The translations under genes and the position numbers were made by a program. The notes beneath the pieces were generated by a model that did no database searches, was not told where the DNA came from, and saw only the letters and a list, made by a program, of their open reading frames with translations. A DNA stretch of 64,000 nucleotides from NCBI RefSeq assembly GCF_009914755.1, contig NC_060947.1, one strand, 5' to 3'. The DNA comes from the human T2T-CHM13v2.0 reference genome, Homo sapiens. Shown here in pieces: positions 40,782-54,890 of the stretch (the stretch's first letter is position 1; the number at the start of each line of letters is the position of its first letter).

Positions 40782-42375
40782 ACTTGACGGTCATTCATGA
40801 ATAAAAACAGCTCCAAAAGAGCACAAGAGTCCACTTAAGAAGCTATAGCAACACAGTTGAAGAAAAAAACTGAGAATACTTGCACAAAAAAGGTAGGAAG
40901 GACAGTTTCATTTTACCTGCATCATCCCATCCCCCAGTTGACACTGCTCAGCATGGAGAGAACATTCCCTAGCTCGTGAGTTCCTCTTGCAGGGCAGGAT
41001 GAACAACTGGCTCTCTCAGTCTTCAGGACACTGCCTGGGACTGATCTGCTCCAGTTTCACTCACTCAGAATGTTGAGAAAACTGCCAGCTGAATGCTTGG
41101 AGATGGTTAAGAACAAAGGAAATGGGTAGGGGATATCAGTGTCTGCCATGTAGGAGAAGCCACTGTGGTCCCCAGTAGCCTGCTTTGCACAGGACTCCAG
41201 CAGCCTTCTTTACTGAAGACCTTAACAGCCCTTGAAGCCTTTTACTGCTGAGGAAAATAAATCATGTCCTCTCAGCACTGCTGCAGTGGACAACCAGTGC
41301 CTCGAGGGCTGTGAAGTTTTTCACCTTCGCAGTCTCCAGCTGCCAGAGTCTCCACCCTTCTTCCACCCCTTCTCCTGGAACATCCCCAGTGGCTGCTGCT
41401 GTGGACACCCCAGCCCAGTGACCCCACACATCCACCTTGCATGTGTGCACAATCAGCCTGGGCCTGTGCTACAGGCCCCAACCCACCACTACATGTGTGT
41501 CTGACTGACCCTGTTAGCTGTATGTGTTCATGCACAGCTGGCCCTGACTCCAGTTGCCAGCCCCTACCATCACATTTATGTCGGCAGCTGATTCCTGCAA
41601 CATGTGTACACACCAAAAGCTCTCGTGGTCCTTGCAGCTGACCAACCCCTGTTGCCAGGCTGCACAGTCCTGCACATGCCTATAGCTGACCCATGGAACT
41701 GTGTGTGTACTGGCCACCATTTGCATTCCCCATGGCTATGCATGCACAAGAAACCAGCCCTGACTGCTGACTCATGTCTCCAGCCCTTACTGCCATGCTC
41801 ACTTCCACAACTAGCGCCTGTAGCAGTGTACATGCATGCTGCCAGCTCTGGTTATGTGCAGCTGTGCACATGCACACATCAACCCAACCTCCATCACAGG
41901 CCACCCATCATGCATGTGCCTGCAGATGGCGCCTGCAGCTGCACACATGCTGTCCAACAGCCCTGGCCCTGTAGCTATGTGTGTACTTGCACCTGGGCCC
42001 ACCAACTGGTGCCTGCCCTCACTACCATGCTTACACATGCAACAAGTCCCTGCAACCATGCACAGGCATGCTGCCAGACCCAACTCCTGTACCTGTGCAC
42101 GTGCAAGCCACCGGCCCCCACCATCACATGAGTACCTGCAGTCAGGCCCTGCTGCCATGCATATGCCTGCAGCTGAACATGTGTACACCACCAGTCCTGG
42201 CCCCCGCCACTGCCTACCCTAGTCTCTTGCCACTGAACCCGAAGCTCCACTGAGAACCCAAACAGCCTTTAGAACCACCAAGGACCATGCAGTTACCAGA
42301 GTTGTAGACCCTAGCTGCCCAAGCCAATGAGACCCTGCATCCTCCCCTGAAACTCGAGTGCCCAACAGAAGGTTC
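40690..42375 (+). mobile_element. Old L1M 5'UTR fragment with (AAC)n and a CpG-decayed internally repetitive block
   Basis: Starts GACATCAGCAAGATAGCGGAGTAGG (L1 5' YY1-type start). 41400-42220 is rich in TGCA/CATG, the decay products of CG-rich repeats. Confidence 0.7.
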
Positions 42376-42670
42376 CAGTATGTTTCTATCCTTTGAAGAT
42401 ACTGCTGTTACAGAGAATAATAGGACATGTATGAAGCAGAGAATTATTCCTCGTCTTCAATCTGATATTAAGCTGAACAACAGGGGCAGCTGTCAATCTC
42501 TGTATCTGGATTTTTGTCAGCACCACTGCCAGATACACCTATTTTATGCAGCTAGTTTGAAAATCAAAAAACTATCCTGAATCTACCCTGGTGGTGAGTT
42601 TTGCCTTTGGGTCAGGACTTTTTTTTCTGTAACATATTTGCTGATGTGTTATTGTTTCACCACTGGGCCT

Positions 42671-43081
42671 TGTGTTAGTCTGTTTTGCATTGCTGTAATG
42701 AAGTACCTGACGCTGGGTAATTTATAAAGAAAAGAGGCTTATTTGGCTCATGATTCTGAAGATTTTACAAGCATGTCACCAGCATCTGCTCAGCTTCTGG
42801 TGAGGTCTCAGGAAGCTTTTACTCATGGTAGAAGGTGAAGGGGGAGCGGGCATGTCACGTGGCAGGAGAGGGAGCAATAGAAATGCCAGGTTATTTTAAA
42901 CAATCAGCTCTCATATGAACTAATAAAGTGGGAACTCACTTACTACTGCAAGGACAGCATCAAGCCATTCATGAAGGATCTTCCCCCATGACCTAAACAC
43001 CTCCCACCGGGTCCCACATCCAGCATTGGGGATCACATTTCAACATGAGATTTGGAGAAGAGAAACATCCAAACTATATCT
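42671..43081 (-). mobile_element. MST (MSTB-like) solo LTR
   Basis: TSD GGCCT (42666-42670, 43082-43086). Confidence 0.9.
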
Positions 43082-46000
43082 GGCCTCTTCCATAGACTCT
43101 CTTGGCCTTTCTTTCAATCCCCTACAGCCCTTGCCCCACCACTGTGGTATTAAAAGCTTACAAAAGTAGCCCCATCCTATTAGTTCCCAAGCAATCCAAG
43201 CCCTCAATTATTTCTCTATCTGGTGGTTCAGAGAGTGGGGATCCCCAGTGAATGATCAGGTGATCCAGGACTGATCCAGCTACATTCCTCAACTGTCTGC
43301 CCAGTGGAGAACATCATAGACTTCTTCATTCTCCTTCCTGGCCTCATGCTTTAGAGAATGATCAGGGCATTCATCTTCCACCCCAGCAGGCTCACCTGCA
43401 TTGCCTTTGGGCTGGGCTCTTGGCTCTGACCCTGAGGCCTTCTCCTTGGACACAGATGTCCTGGCCTTGTGGGTACATTGGATGCCACAAACACATGACT
43501 GCCTGCCCCTGGACCAAATCCTACATCATCTCACATTCTCAGTTCCTCCCAGGAAGAGGATCAGAGGGGCAAACAGGACCCTAGACAGCAGCCAAGGGGG
43601 CTTGGTCCCTTGCCACAACATTCCAAATATGACCTCATGGAGAGCAGACATTGAGTCTTACAAGCAGGGTGACCAGACTCGCAGAGATTTAGTGGGACCA
43701 ACAGGCTGGAACTTCTAAGGGTTTGCTCCCTGGGCCCTGAGACTGGGAGACAGTCTTGCTGCAGGCTGTACCCCATGAGCTTTCCTCCCATTGCGATGCT
43801 GCTGGTGGCACACACAACAGTCACTATTGCCATCTGTTCCACTCAGCCACCTAGAGATCAGGCTGAACCTCAAGCCCTCTCCCAGTTCTGCAGAGCAATC
43901 CCCCAGGTCCCCCCAGGCTGGATTGACCCAAGCCCTGCCACCGGCCCTTTCTCAGCAGGTTCCCTCTGTGGCTGTCATGACAGCACACTCCCTCTCCCTG
44001 GCCACCAGAGTCCATCTGTAACAACTGCAGCTGCTTTTCCACTCACAACACCCCCTCCTACAGATATCAGGGGTCCTCTCATTAACCAAATCTTTCTTCT
44101 TCCCCTACCCACACAAACATACACCAATTCATGCCACATACCTCCAGCACTCGGAAATTCAGAAGAGCTCTGTGCTCCAGGGAAGGCTTCCAGGACACCC
44201 TGACAAGGGACTCCTGGCCTATTCCCTGATCCCTTTTTACATCTGACACTGCAGTGGGCCCCAGGCACAGATTCCCTGTGGGCAGTTAGAGGAGGAGCTT
44301 ACAGGAACAGGTGAGTGCTGAGTAGGAGACAAGGTGTGCATGCAGGCTCAGCCAACAGGATTGCAACTCCCCCTACCAAAGAAATAGTATGGGGTATGGG
44401 TTTTGTCATTACCTCCAGGGCAAAGGTTAACTCAGACAAAACCAGACCACCCAGACCCTCGGAGCTACAAGATGGCCTTCCCAGTTCCCAGAGATTGGCA
44501 CCCAAAGATTTCTTTTTTCAAATTATGAACGTTAAAAATAAATGTCAGGGCACATGCAGCAAGAACCCCAATGTACACACCAGATATCATGGCTGGAAAG
44601 TGATTCCACTTATACTCTAGAAGTGCTCTCAATGCAGTTTTCCTGAAATGTCTTTTCTAAAGGGCTTTCCATGTGAACACCATGGCAAATCTGAGCACCG
44701 GTTAAAGCAGTTTTTGCTCAGATGTGATACAAAGCCTCACCCCAGACCCTCTGTTGTGTTTCTCATACTCCTTTTCCCACTTCCCTCTTCCATATGCTTT
44801 TGCTCATGGGAGTGCAGAGGGCAAAGACCAGCCTAAGAGCTCAAAGGCTGGCTTGGGTGTTCAGCTCCTGGTTCACCAGCTCTGGGAACATGGGCATGTC
44901 ACCGTGCCCCTCTGCACCTGCCTCCCTCTCTGCCCCATGGGCGCAGCAGTACATAAGGGGGAAGCAACGTTCACAGTGCCTGTCAACATTTGAAACTGGC
45001 AGACTCATTTCTCTTCCACTTCCTAGTTTCTCACTTTCTATGACATTTCCAGGTAACAGCAACTCTCCACATTCATGCCACCTGGGAATCACTGCAGGTC
45101 CATTGTCAAATGTAGTAAAATGTCAGGTCATATTATCCTGGGAATCACAGCAAAATGGTTAAAGCTGAGGCTCTGCAGCCTCACACTGACACCTGCTTCC
45201 CTTACTCCCTTCCTGTGTCCCATGACCTCGTAGCCTTTCTTCTCTTTCCATTATCAAAGCCTGAGGTGCAGTGGTGGCTGTGTCTCTTGCTGAAAGCCTT
45301 AGCAATACCCTCCCAAGGGCCTTCGGATGTAGTTCAGGGGAGTGACCAAGAGATGACGCTATTCTTGTTAGTGCAAGCCAGATGAGCTGGGAAAAAGAAC
45401 ATTTCACCAAACAGCTTTGACAAAATTGGCCTTCTGTAGTTGAACAAACCATAAGAATGAGATAAATGGGCTTTCAGAAGTTATAAGAGGTACCTGATCT
45501 TAAGCAAATAAGCCCCCATGAGGTTGTTACGTGCTTTTGATTCCTACAAACACTACAGCAGAGATGTGCAAACAGGACTGGAGACCCAGATACCCAGATA
45601 AGTTACAAGGGCCTTCTCCAGACACCAGTAAACACTGAGAGACAGTCAACCCCATGTTTTAAACTAGGCACCCTGAGGTTCAAGCAGGCTTTGGAGGGAG
45701 AAACCAACTGGGCTTAAATCCTGGCTCTTCAGGTTATGAGCTGGGTGACATTGGGCCGGTCACTCACACTCTCTCTTCCCAGCTTCTGGTGGCTGCCAGC
45801 AGTCTTTAGTGATCCTTGGCTTATAGGCATCACTCTAATTGCTGCTTCCATAATCACATGGCCTTCTCTCCTGTGTGTCTCTGTGTCTTTGTTCTTAGGA
45901 GAACAGCAGTCTCATTAGATTCATACCCTAATCCAGTATGACTTCATTTAAATGTAACTAATTACATTTTTAAAGACCCTATTTTCAAGTAAGGTCATAT

Positions 46001-47294
46001 TCTGAGGTTCCAGGTGGACATTGACTTTGGGGTCACACTAATCAGCCCAGAGCAGTGCTTGACACATGGAAGTGGTTAGTAAACGAGTACTAGTCTTTTT
46101 TGTCTTTATTAGCTTTTAGCTTTACTTGTAGCTGTTCACATTGTGTCTTGGGGACATCAAATAGACATTCATCCTGCAGACTGCCATGGAGACCAAGTAC
46201 AGCCATGCTTGTACAAGTGTCTGGTACATAGGAAGGGCTGCATACATGGAATTGGCTGTGGTCATATGCAAAACAGAAGCACCACTGCGAGTGCTCCTGC
46301 CCATGAAAACAACTGATATTTATCCAGCCTCGTCTGCACCTTGTTCATCTATTTGTTACGTGCCAGCCCTCAGTGGCAGAGAAGGGGTAGCAGACACAGA
46401 AGGCTTAAGAAAAAGAAGAGAAAAAAGAAAACAGAAAGTAGGGGGCATTCTACCCATCAGCATTGTTTCTGGTTTTGGAAAAGGTAGCCATTCTCTGACT
46501 TTGATGGTTGTACTCCAGCTGAAATCAACAGTGAGCCTTTCTGAAGCTCACAGCCTTCCTCTGCTCGTCCCCAGCTCTGTCTGTGTGTGCCTGTACCTTT
46601 GGTTTCCTGCAGCCACTGAAGCAAGCATCTTGCTGCTGTGTCTCCTCACAAGTTCCTCCAGGAGGAAAACTTAAGGAGAAGAGCTTGGCCACATTCCTGC
46701 CCCCGCTCCATTCCTTCCTGTGACTTTGCCTTTTCCCCCGCCAGAGAGAAGGCCTTGGAATGCTTTGTGCTGTTTCCTGTCCCTGCTTCCTGATAACTCC
46801 CCAAACCGGGCCCATTTATTCCCCACTTGGAAGTTCAGCCCTGCCAGTGAGGCTCCAGAGCCAGGCATTCTTTGTAGTGGGAAGAATTTTGAATCCCAGC
46901 CCAAAGATAATCTGTTTGCTTCTCTTTTTGTCATTTAAGTTCTTATCAGGTAGATATAAAGGGAAATGTACATGTACTTATTGAAGTTGGGTAGTGCCTA
47001 TATGGGAATTTGTTATACTTTTGAATTTGGTATATATTTGAAATTTTCCATAATAAAATTTAAAATATTAACCCCACTCCCTGAGAAAGGGCTATAATCC
47101 ATTGCTTTTAAGCTCTTTTTATTTTTCAAATAAAATCTTAGGTGAAGCCCTAAAATGTAAAACAAATCAAAGGCAAGCTACTCCTACTAAAACTGGGGAG
47201 GGGGTGATGACTTCTAATCTTCCATCCCCACCAGCAGATAGGCAACTGAGACACTTCTGTGGTCCTCTATGCTTGCCTGCTACTAAAAGTGTTG

Positions 47295-47440
47295 TCCAGA
47301 GACAAGCAGAACATAGTCATCTAGAAGCATGTGAGAAATGCAGTCTCTGAGGGCCCCACTGCAGACCTGCTGAAGCAGGACCTGGATTTTGGCAAGATCT
47401 CCCAGTGATTCACGTATATATTAAAGTTTGAGAGGCATGG
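47295..47440. mobile_element. MER5-like hAT DNA transposon fragment
   Basis: AGAAATGCAG...GGCCCCAC...CAAGATCTCCCAGTGATTCA...TTAAAGTTTGAGA. Confidence 0.7.
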
Positions 47441-47776
47441 CCCTGTAGTAGGTTGGGGCTGCAGAGGCTGAAACCCACTGACATAAGTGAATTTCTTTAT
47501 TTTACAAGTGAACTAAGTAAGACCCATAATGTCGTGCATAAAGCCATACAACTTTTGAGTGGGAGAGCCAAGGCTAATAGCCAAGTTGCCTGGCTTTCAC
47601 TTCATGGATTTCTGCCCTATTCTTGTTGATTGCACCCTGTGGCAGATCCTCTTCTAGTTCCAGAGGTCGGGATCATGCTTTGTTTCTAGGACAAAGCCCC
47701 AGGTTTATCCCTGGTGCCCACAACAGGGCCCCTTTCTCATGTTCCTGCATGTAAATCCATTACTTACTTCCTTATT

Positions 47777-48140
47777 GTCTTAGTCAGCTGAGGCTGCTAT
47801 AACAAATTACCATAGACTGAGAGGTTTAAACAACAAACAGTCATTTCTCACAGCTTTGGAGGCTGGAAGTCCCAGATTAGAGTTCTTTCTTCTAGGTCAT
47901 CAGGAACAAGTCTCTCTGAGCTTCATCTTCTTTTAAAGACTATTCTGGTTAGGTCAAGCCCACCTAGGTTAATCTCCTTTTGATTAACTCAAAGCCAACT
48001 GATTAGTGACCTAATCACTGAGTGACATCTCATACATTCACAGGTTTCTGTCCACACTCAAAAGGAGGACATTATGCAAGGTATGTATACCAGGAGCAGG
48101 GGCGGGAATCTTGGGCATTGTTTCAGAATTCTGACAACTC
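47777..48140 (-). mobile_element. MLT1 (MLT1E-like) LTR
   Basis: TGTCTTAGTCAGCTGAGGCTGCTATAACAAATTACCATAGACTG start and MLT1-type end. Confidence 0.7.
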
Positions 48141-48564
48141 CACTGATACAACCCAAATTTGGAAAGTTCTAAGAGCTAGACAAGGACTGATTGTTTCTTC
48201 CACCTTAGGGAATGTAAATAGCTCATGACCTGTCGGTAAGGTTCTCATTTGCATAATAATTCCAATGCTTCTAGTAGGGGTCACCTCTAAGGACCTGGAG
48301 GGACAACTCTCAAAATGAGGAAAATTCTTATCCTGGGGTGCCTGGTAGCAGCTCCTCAATTATAAAGGGCACACAGCAGTTTCTCTACCCTAACATTAAC
48401 TAGAGTAAACAACCCTGGATCCTTTCCTTCCATAAACATTCAAGCATGAACAACTATGGGTACTGCACACTTCTACACTGTTGCCATAGCATCCTCAGTG
48501 ATCTTTTAAAGAAACTGTACAGAAAGACTTTTGTTCTTTACAGGAGTGGAGAGCCCTGGAATCT

Positions 48565-51500
48565 TCTTTTTAATGTGGCAAAATACATATAACATAAAAT
48601 TTATCATTTTAACCATTTTAAAGTATACTATGTAATGGCATGAAGTACCTTCACAATGTTGTGCAACCATCACTAATTCCACAATATTTTCATCAACCTG
48701 GAAAAACCCTGTATCCATTAAGCAGTCACTTCCCATTCTCCCGTCCATCCCTGGCAACCACTAATCTGCTTTCCATCTCTATGGATTTGCTCATTCTGGA
48801 TATTTAATAAAAATAGAATCATACAATATGTTATATTTTGTGCCTGGCTTCTTTTGCTTAGGATAATGTTTTCAAGGATCATCCATGTGATAGCATCTAT
48901 CAGTACTCCAATACCTTTTATGGCAGAATAATATTCCATTGTATGGATATACCACATTGTATTTATCCATTCATTTGTTGATAAGCGTTTGTCTTGTTTC
49001 CACCTTTTGGCTGTAGTGAATGAATAGTGCTGCTGTGAACACTCATGTACAATTTTTTGTTTGACACCTATTTCCAATTCTTCTGAGTTTATACTTAAGA
49101 GTGGAATTCCTGGGTCATATGGTAATTCCATGTTTAACTTATTGAGGAAACACTAGTTTTCCATAACAGCTACAACATTTTACCTCTCCCCAGCAATATA
49201 TGAATGTTGTTATTTCTCCACATCTTTTCCAACACTTGTTTTCCTTCTTTTCTGTCAATCCTAGTGAATGTGAAGTGGTATCCCCCTGGAGTTTTTATTT
49301 TTGTTTCCCTAATAACTAATGACATTGCGCATCTTTCCATATATTGTTTGCCATTTGTGTATCTTTTTTGGAGAAATGTCTATTCAAGTCCTTCACCCAT
49401 TTTCTAATTGGTTGTTTGTCTTTTGTATTGTTGAGTGGTAAGAGTATTTTATATATTCTGGATACTAGATCCTTCTCAGATATACACTTTGTAAATATTT
49501 TCTCCTATTCCGTGGGTTGTCTTTTTAGTTTTTGATAACATCCTTTGGTGCATAAAAGTTTTAAAATTTTGATTAAGTCCAATTTATCTATTTTTTTCTT
49601 TTGTTGCCTGTGCTTTTTTATCCTATCTAAGAAACCATTGCCAATCCAAGATCATGAAGATTTACCCTTATGTTTTCTTCTAAGAGTTTTATGGTTTTAG
49701 CTTTAGTACTTAGGTCTTTGATGAATTTTGATTTGTTTGTTGCATAGTTTTTAAGACAGAGTTCCAACTTTATAGTTTTACATGTGCACATCCAGCTGTC
49801 CCAGCACCATTTTTTGAAAAAACTACTCTTTAGCCTATTGAATTATCTTGGCACTCTTGTTGAGAAGCAACTGACCATAGGTGTATGGATTTACTTCTGG
49901 AATCTCTATTTTATTCTATTAGTCTATATGTCTATCCATACATGAATGCCACACTGTTTTGATTATTATGGTTTTGTAATAAGTTCTGAAATCTGGAAGT
50001 GTGAGTACCCAAAATTTGTTCTTTGTCAAGATTGTTTTGGCTATTTGTAGAGTCTCTTGCAATTCCTTTAAAAATTTAGGATCAGCTTTTCAATTTCTAC
50101 AAGAAAAAGGGCCATTGGCATTTTGATTCTGTTGATCTTTTTGGGCAATATTGCCATCTTAACATTGTCTCCCAATCCATGCATACAGGATGTCTTTCTA
50201 TTTATTTAAGTCATCTTTAATTTCTTTTAGCAATGTTTTATAGTTTTCACTGTGTAAGTGAAAGTTTACACAGTATACAAGTGTAAGCTGAATATCAAGT
50301 GTAAATTTATTCCCATATATTTAATTTATCTTCATGGCATTGTAAATAGAATTTCTTTAAGTTTCCATTTCAGATTGTGCATTGTTAGTGTATAAAAATA
50401 CAACTGATTTTTGCATATTGATCTTGTATTCTGCAACACTGCTGAATTTTTTATTAGTTCTAATTGTTTTGAAAATTTCTTAGGATTTTCTATATAAAAG
50501 ATCCTATCTCTGCACATAGGGTTTTCCATTCTCCTTTCCAACTTGGGTGCCTTTTATTTCCTTTTATTGCCTAATTGCTCTGGGTAAAACTTTCAGTACT
50601 ATGTGAATAGAAGTGGTGAAAGTGGGCATTTTTGTCTTGTTCCTGATCTTAGGGGGAAAGCTTTCAGATTTTCACAATTGAATATTATTTTAGCTGTGTG
50701 TTTTTCATAAATGTCCTTTATTATTTTGAGTTAATTCATTTCTATTATCTTATAATTCACTTTTTAGCCTTTCAATTTTTTATTTTGTACTAGCAGTTTA
50801 AACATATCTTTAAATAGAGAGCTGCTATATTTAAATATTTTTGTAGCAAAAAAACACATAACAAAATTTACCATCTTAATCATTTTAAGTGTATAATTCA
50901 GTAATGTTAAGTATATTCACACTGCTGTGAAGCAGATCTCCAGAACTTTTTCATCTTGAAGATCTGAAACTTCATACCCATTAAACAATAACTCTCCTTT
51001 TCCCCCTCTCTCAAGCCCCTGGTAGCCACCATTCTACTTTCTGTTTCTATGAATTTAACTACTTTAGATACTTCATATACATAGGATCATACAGTATTTG
51101 TCTTTTTGTGACTGGCTTATTTTACTTAGCATAATGTCCTTAAGGTTTATCCATAATGTATCATATAAAAAGAGTTTCTTTCTTTTTAAGGCTGCATAAT
51201 AATCCATTGTTATATATACACTGCATTTTGTTTATCTATTCATCTGTCCATGCAAATGTGGGTTGCTTACACCTCTTGGCTCCTGTGACTAGTGCTGCTA
51301 TGAACATGGCCATGTAAATATTCCTCGAAGACCCTGTGCTATGGTCTGAATGTGCCCCCTCCCAATTCATATGTTAAAACTTAATCACCAATGTGATAGT
51401 ATCCCCCCCCCAAAAAAAAAGAGGTGGAGCCTTTAAGAGGTGATTAAGTCATAAGTGTAGAACCCTCATGAATGAGATTAGGGCCCTTGTAAAAGAGTTT

Positions 51501-51945
51501 GGAGAGTTGATTCACTGCCTACTATTCCTTCTGCCATGTGAGGACAAAGCATTTGTCCTTCCAGAAGATGCACCAACAAGGTGCCATGGTAGAAGTGGAG
51601 AGTAGGCCCTTTGTACCAGACATCAAATCCTGATACCTTGATCTTGAACTTAGCCTCCAGAATTGTGAGAAATAAAGTTCTGTTATTTATAGATTACCCA
51701 GTCTCAGGCATTTTGTTACAGCAGTGCAAACAGACTAAGACACGCTACTTTCAATTCTTTTGGCTGTATATCCAGAATTGGGATTGCTGGATGGCATGGT
51801 CATTCTATTTTTAATTTTTTGAGAAAACTTCATACTGTTTTCCACAGCAGTTTCCCCATTTTTCAATTCCACCAACAGAGCACAGGATTCGAATTTCTCT
51901 TTATCAACACTTGTTATTTTCTGGGTTTTGAAAAATAGTAGCCAT
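48565..51945 (-). mobile_element. Two L1MB 3' fragments (about 48565-50745 and 50835-51945), the second interrupted by an MST LTR (51337-51742, +)
   Basis: Minus ORF 48718-49131 ELPYDPGIPLL...MEYYSAIK. MST termini TGCTATGGTCTGAATG...AGACTAAGACA. Confidence 0.82.
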
Positions 51946-51948
51946 CTA

Positions 51949-52163
51949 GGCCAAGCACGGTAGTTCATGCCTGTAATCCCAGTACTCTGGGAGGCCGACA
52001 CGGGCAGATCCCTAGAGACCAGGAGTTCGAGACCAGCCAGGGCAACATGGCAAAACCTCGTCTCTACTAAAATTATGAAAATTAGCCGGGCATGGTGGCG
52101 CATGTCTGTAATCCCAGCTTCTTGGGAGGCTGAGGCACTGGCTCTGCCAAAGAAAAAAAAAAA
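51949..52163 (+). mobile_element. AluJ-like with deletion of the distal right arm
   Basis: Alu left arm and part of the right arm, short A tail, flanking AGT(A/G)GCCAT(C/T)TA repeat. Confidence 0.85.
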
Positions 52164-53133
52164 GTGGCCATTTAAACAACCATTTAAATGGTTGTTACTC
52201 TCGTAATTCATTTTTGAACTACTTTACAAAACTATTTGTTTATACTGGATTGAAAACCGAAAAGCCTGGTTCTTTGCCACGGGTAGTTTGTGGAGAAGCC
52301 TTGCTATCAAGTCTGGTACTGGGGAGTCTTGGAACAGACACTATGTAACATTTCAGTCACAGAAGAACTTAGGCAAAGTCAGAACTAAATTTTTGAGTCC
52401 AAGACATTAGTGCTTCTTTCCAAACTACCGAATTCTGTGTTACCACCTTTTCATGGCTGAGTTTCTTAAAATAACAAACTTGAATCCATTCAACATTCAC
52501 ATGCTTTCTCAGGCCTAAACATTAAGTTCTTGATCTTCCCTGGCCTTCAGAATTGTTCCTGTTGTCATTCCATTGGCTCTGGAGGATTGTATATCTCTAT
52601 AACTCATCTGTGAATACTGTGACTGCCTGAAAATTCTCACCATGGCTTTGCTGGCTGTGCCTGCCCAATACTGTCTTCTCCCCTTCTGCCCCAGACCAGC
52701 AAATTCCTAAGACATTTAGAAAGACGGGCAACAAAACCTTTCAATCCTAAATACCCATCTTCGATGTTTGTACTTAAAATTATGGGATCAATGACAGATA
52801 CTTGTATTTGTTTCTTCGGCTATGGGGCAAGGTGCTAATGACCACTGTAGTCATGGGAGAGTGTGCCCTTGACACAGTCTTTGGTACAGCAGCAGTTATT
52901 GTCAGCACCAAGAGACGTGGATGACCACAGTGAGGGGAAGCTGGAGCTGAAGAGAACTGTTCTTCAGAGCACACATGAGAAATCCGTGAGATACACCAAA
53001 AAGTACTTAGGAGGCATTAGGGAGGGGATCTGGGGCTTCATCAAAGCAGGTTCAGTCAGAAAAGTACTGATTGGAGTTCATCATTACTATGACCCTATTT
53101 TTATCTCTATGCTGGTGTCCTGAGGAACACAGG

Positions 53134-53545
53134 TATATTAGGTGGTTCTTGCATTGCTATAAATAAATATCTGAGACTGGGTAATTTATAAAGAAAAGCA
53201 GTTTAATTGGCTCAGAGTTCTGCAAGCTGTACAGGAAGCATGGTTCTAGCATCTACTTGGCTCCTGGGAAGGCCTCAGAGAGCTTTTTCATGGTGAAAGG
53301 CAAAGTGGGAGCAGGCACATCACATGGCCAGGTCAGGAGCAAGAGAGAGATTTGTGGGGAGGGGTAGGTGCCACACACTTGTAAACAGCCAGATCTCATG
53401 GAACTCATTCATTATTGCAAGGACAGCGCCAAGCCATGAAGGATCTACCCCATGACCCAAACACCTCCTTCCAGGCTCTACCTCCAATATTGGGGATTAC
53501 AATTCAACATGAGATTTGACGGGGACATATATTCAAACTATATCC
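53134..53545 (-). mobile_element. MSTB-like solo LTR
   Basis: TSD ACAGG (53129-53133, 53546-53550). Confidence 0.9.
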
Positions 53546-53703
53546 ACAGGTTACATTTTAGGAGCCTGATTGAATTGAAATATTTTAAGGAAGTCATGTT
53601 TCTTTCCATATCTGCTCAGCTGCTAAAGTACCAGAGGGTGCTTTTGGAAACAGATTTACCTCTCACAGGCTGTGAAGGTCTTTGAGGCACCATTACGAAT
53701 GCC

Positions 53704-54890
53704 TTTTTTCCCACTCTGTGGGTTGTCTATTTACTCTGCTGACTGTTCCTTTTGTGATGCAAAAGCTCTTTAGTTTAACTAAGTCCCAACTATTTATCTT
53801 TGTTTTTATTGCATTTGCTTTGGGGTTCTTGGTCATGAAATTCTTGCCTAAGCCAATGTCTAGAAGGATTTTTCCAATGTTATCTTCTAGAATTTTTATA
53901 GAAAATCTTCACAATCTACACATCTGAGAAAGGAATCTAATATCAAGAATCTACATCAAATTCAAACAAGTCAGTAAGAAAGAAACAAACAATCCCATAA
54001 AAAGTGGGCTAAGGACATGAATAGACAATTCTCAAAAGAAGATATACAAAAGGCCAACAAACATATGAAAAAATGCTCAACATCACTAATGATCAGGGAA
54101 ATGCAAATCAAAACCACAATGCAATACCACCTTACTCCTGAAAGAATGGCTATAATCAAAAAATCAAAAAACAGTAGATGTTGGCTTGGATGTGGTGATC
54201 AGGGAACACTTCTACACTGCTGGTGGGAATGTAAACCAGTACAGCATCTATGGAAAACAGTGTGGAGATTTCTTAAAGAACTAAAAGTAGAACTACCGTT
54301 TGATCCAGCAATCCCACTACTGGGTATCTACCCAGAGGAAAAGAAGTCATTATATAAAAAAGATACTTGCACATGTATGTTTATAGCAGCACAATTTGCA
54401 ATTGCAAATTTGTGGAACCAACCCAAATGCCCATCAATCAATGAGTGGATAATGAAACTGTGGTATATATATACAATGGAATACTACTCAGCCATAGAAA
54501 AGAATGAATTAAAGGCATTTGTAGCAGTATGGATGAGATTCGAGACTATTATTCTAAGTGAAGTAACTCAGGAATGGAAAACCAAACACTGTATGTTCTC
54601 ACTGATATGTGGGAGCTAAGCTATGAGGACACAAAGGCATAAGAAGGATACAATGGACTTTGGGGACTTGGAGGGAAGGATGGGAGTGGGGAGAGGGATA
54701 AAAGACTACCAATAGCAGTGGCAGCTGTTGATTTTTCTACCATACTCGTAATACTGTTCATGCTGGACATGTCAGAGTGTATACTGCTCAGGTGATGGGT
54801 GCACCAAAATCTCACAAATCACCACTAAAGAACTTACTCATGTAACCAAATACCATCTGTACCGCAATAACTTACGGAAAAAATAAAATA
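53704..54890 (+). mobile_element. L1PB1-like element with 5' inversion (53704-53900 inverted)
   Basis: ORF 54017-54619 is the ORF2 C-terminus. L1PB1-type 3'UTR GGAGCTAAGCTATGAGGAC...ACCACTAAAGAACTTAC. Confidence 0.88.

Noticed and set aside
41400-42253. Cys/His-rich ORFs resembling metallothionein, keratin-associated or zinc-finger proteins
   Set aside because: They appear in all frames on both strands because decayed CpG repeats (TGCA/CATG) in an L1 5'UTR encode C/H/M/A. There is no regular metal-binding spacing.
42380-42545. Possible further CT55-like exon on the minus strand (ATAG|GTG)
   Set aside because: My translations did not resemble CT55 exons 2 or 3, and no donor was evident.
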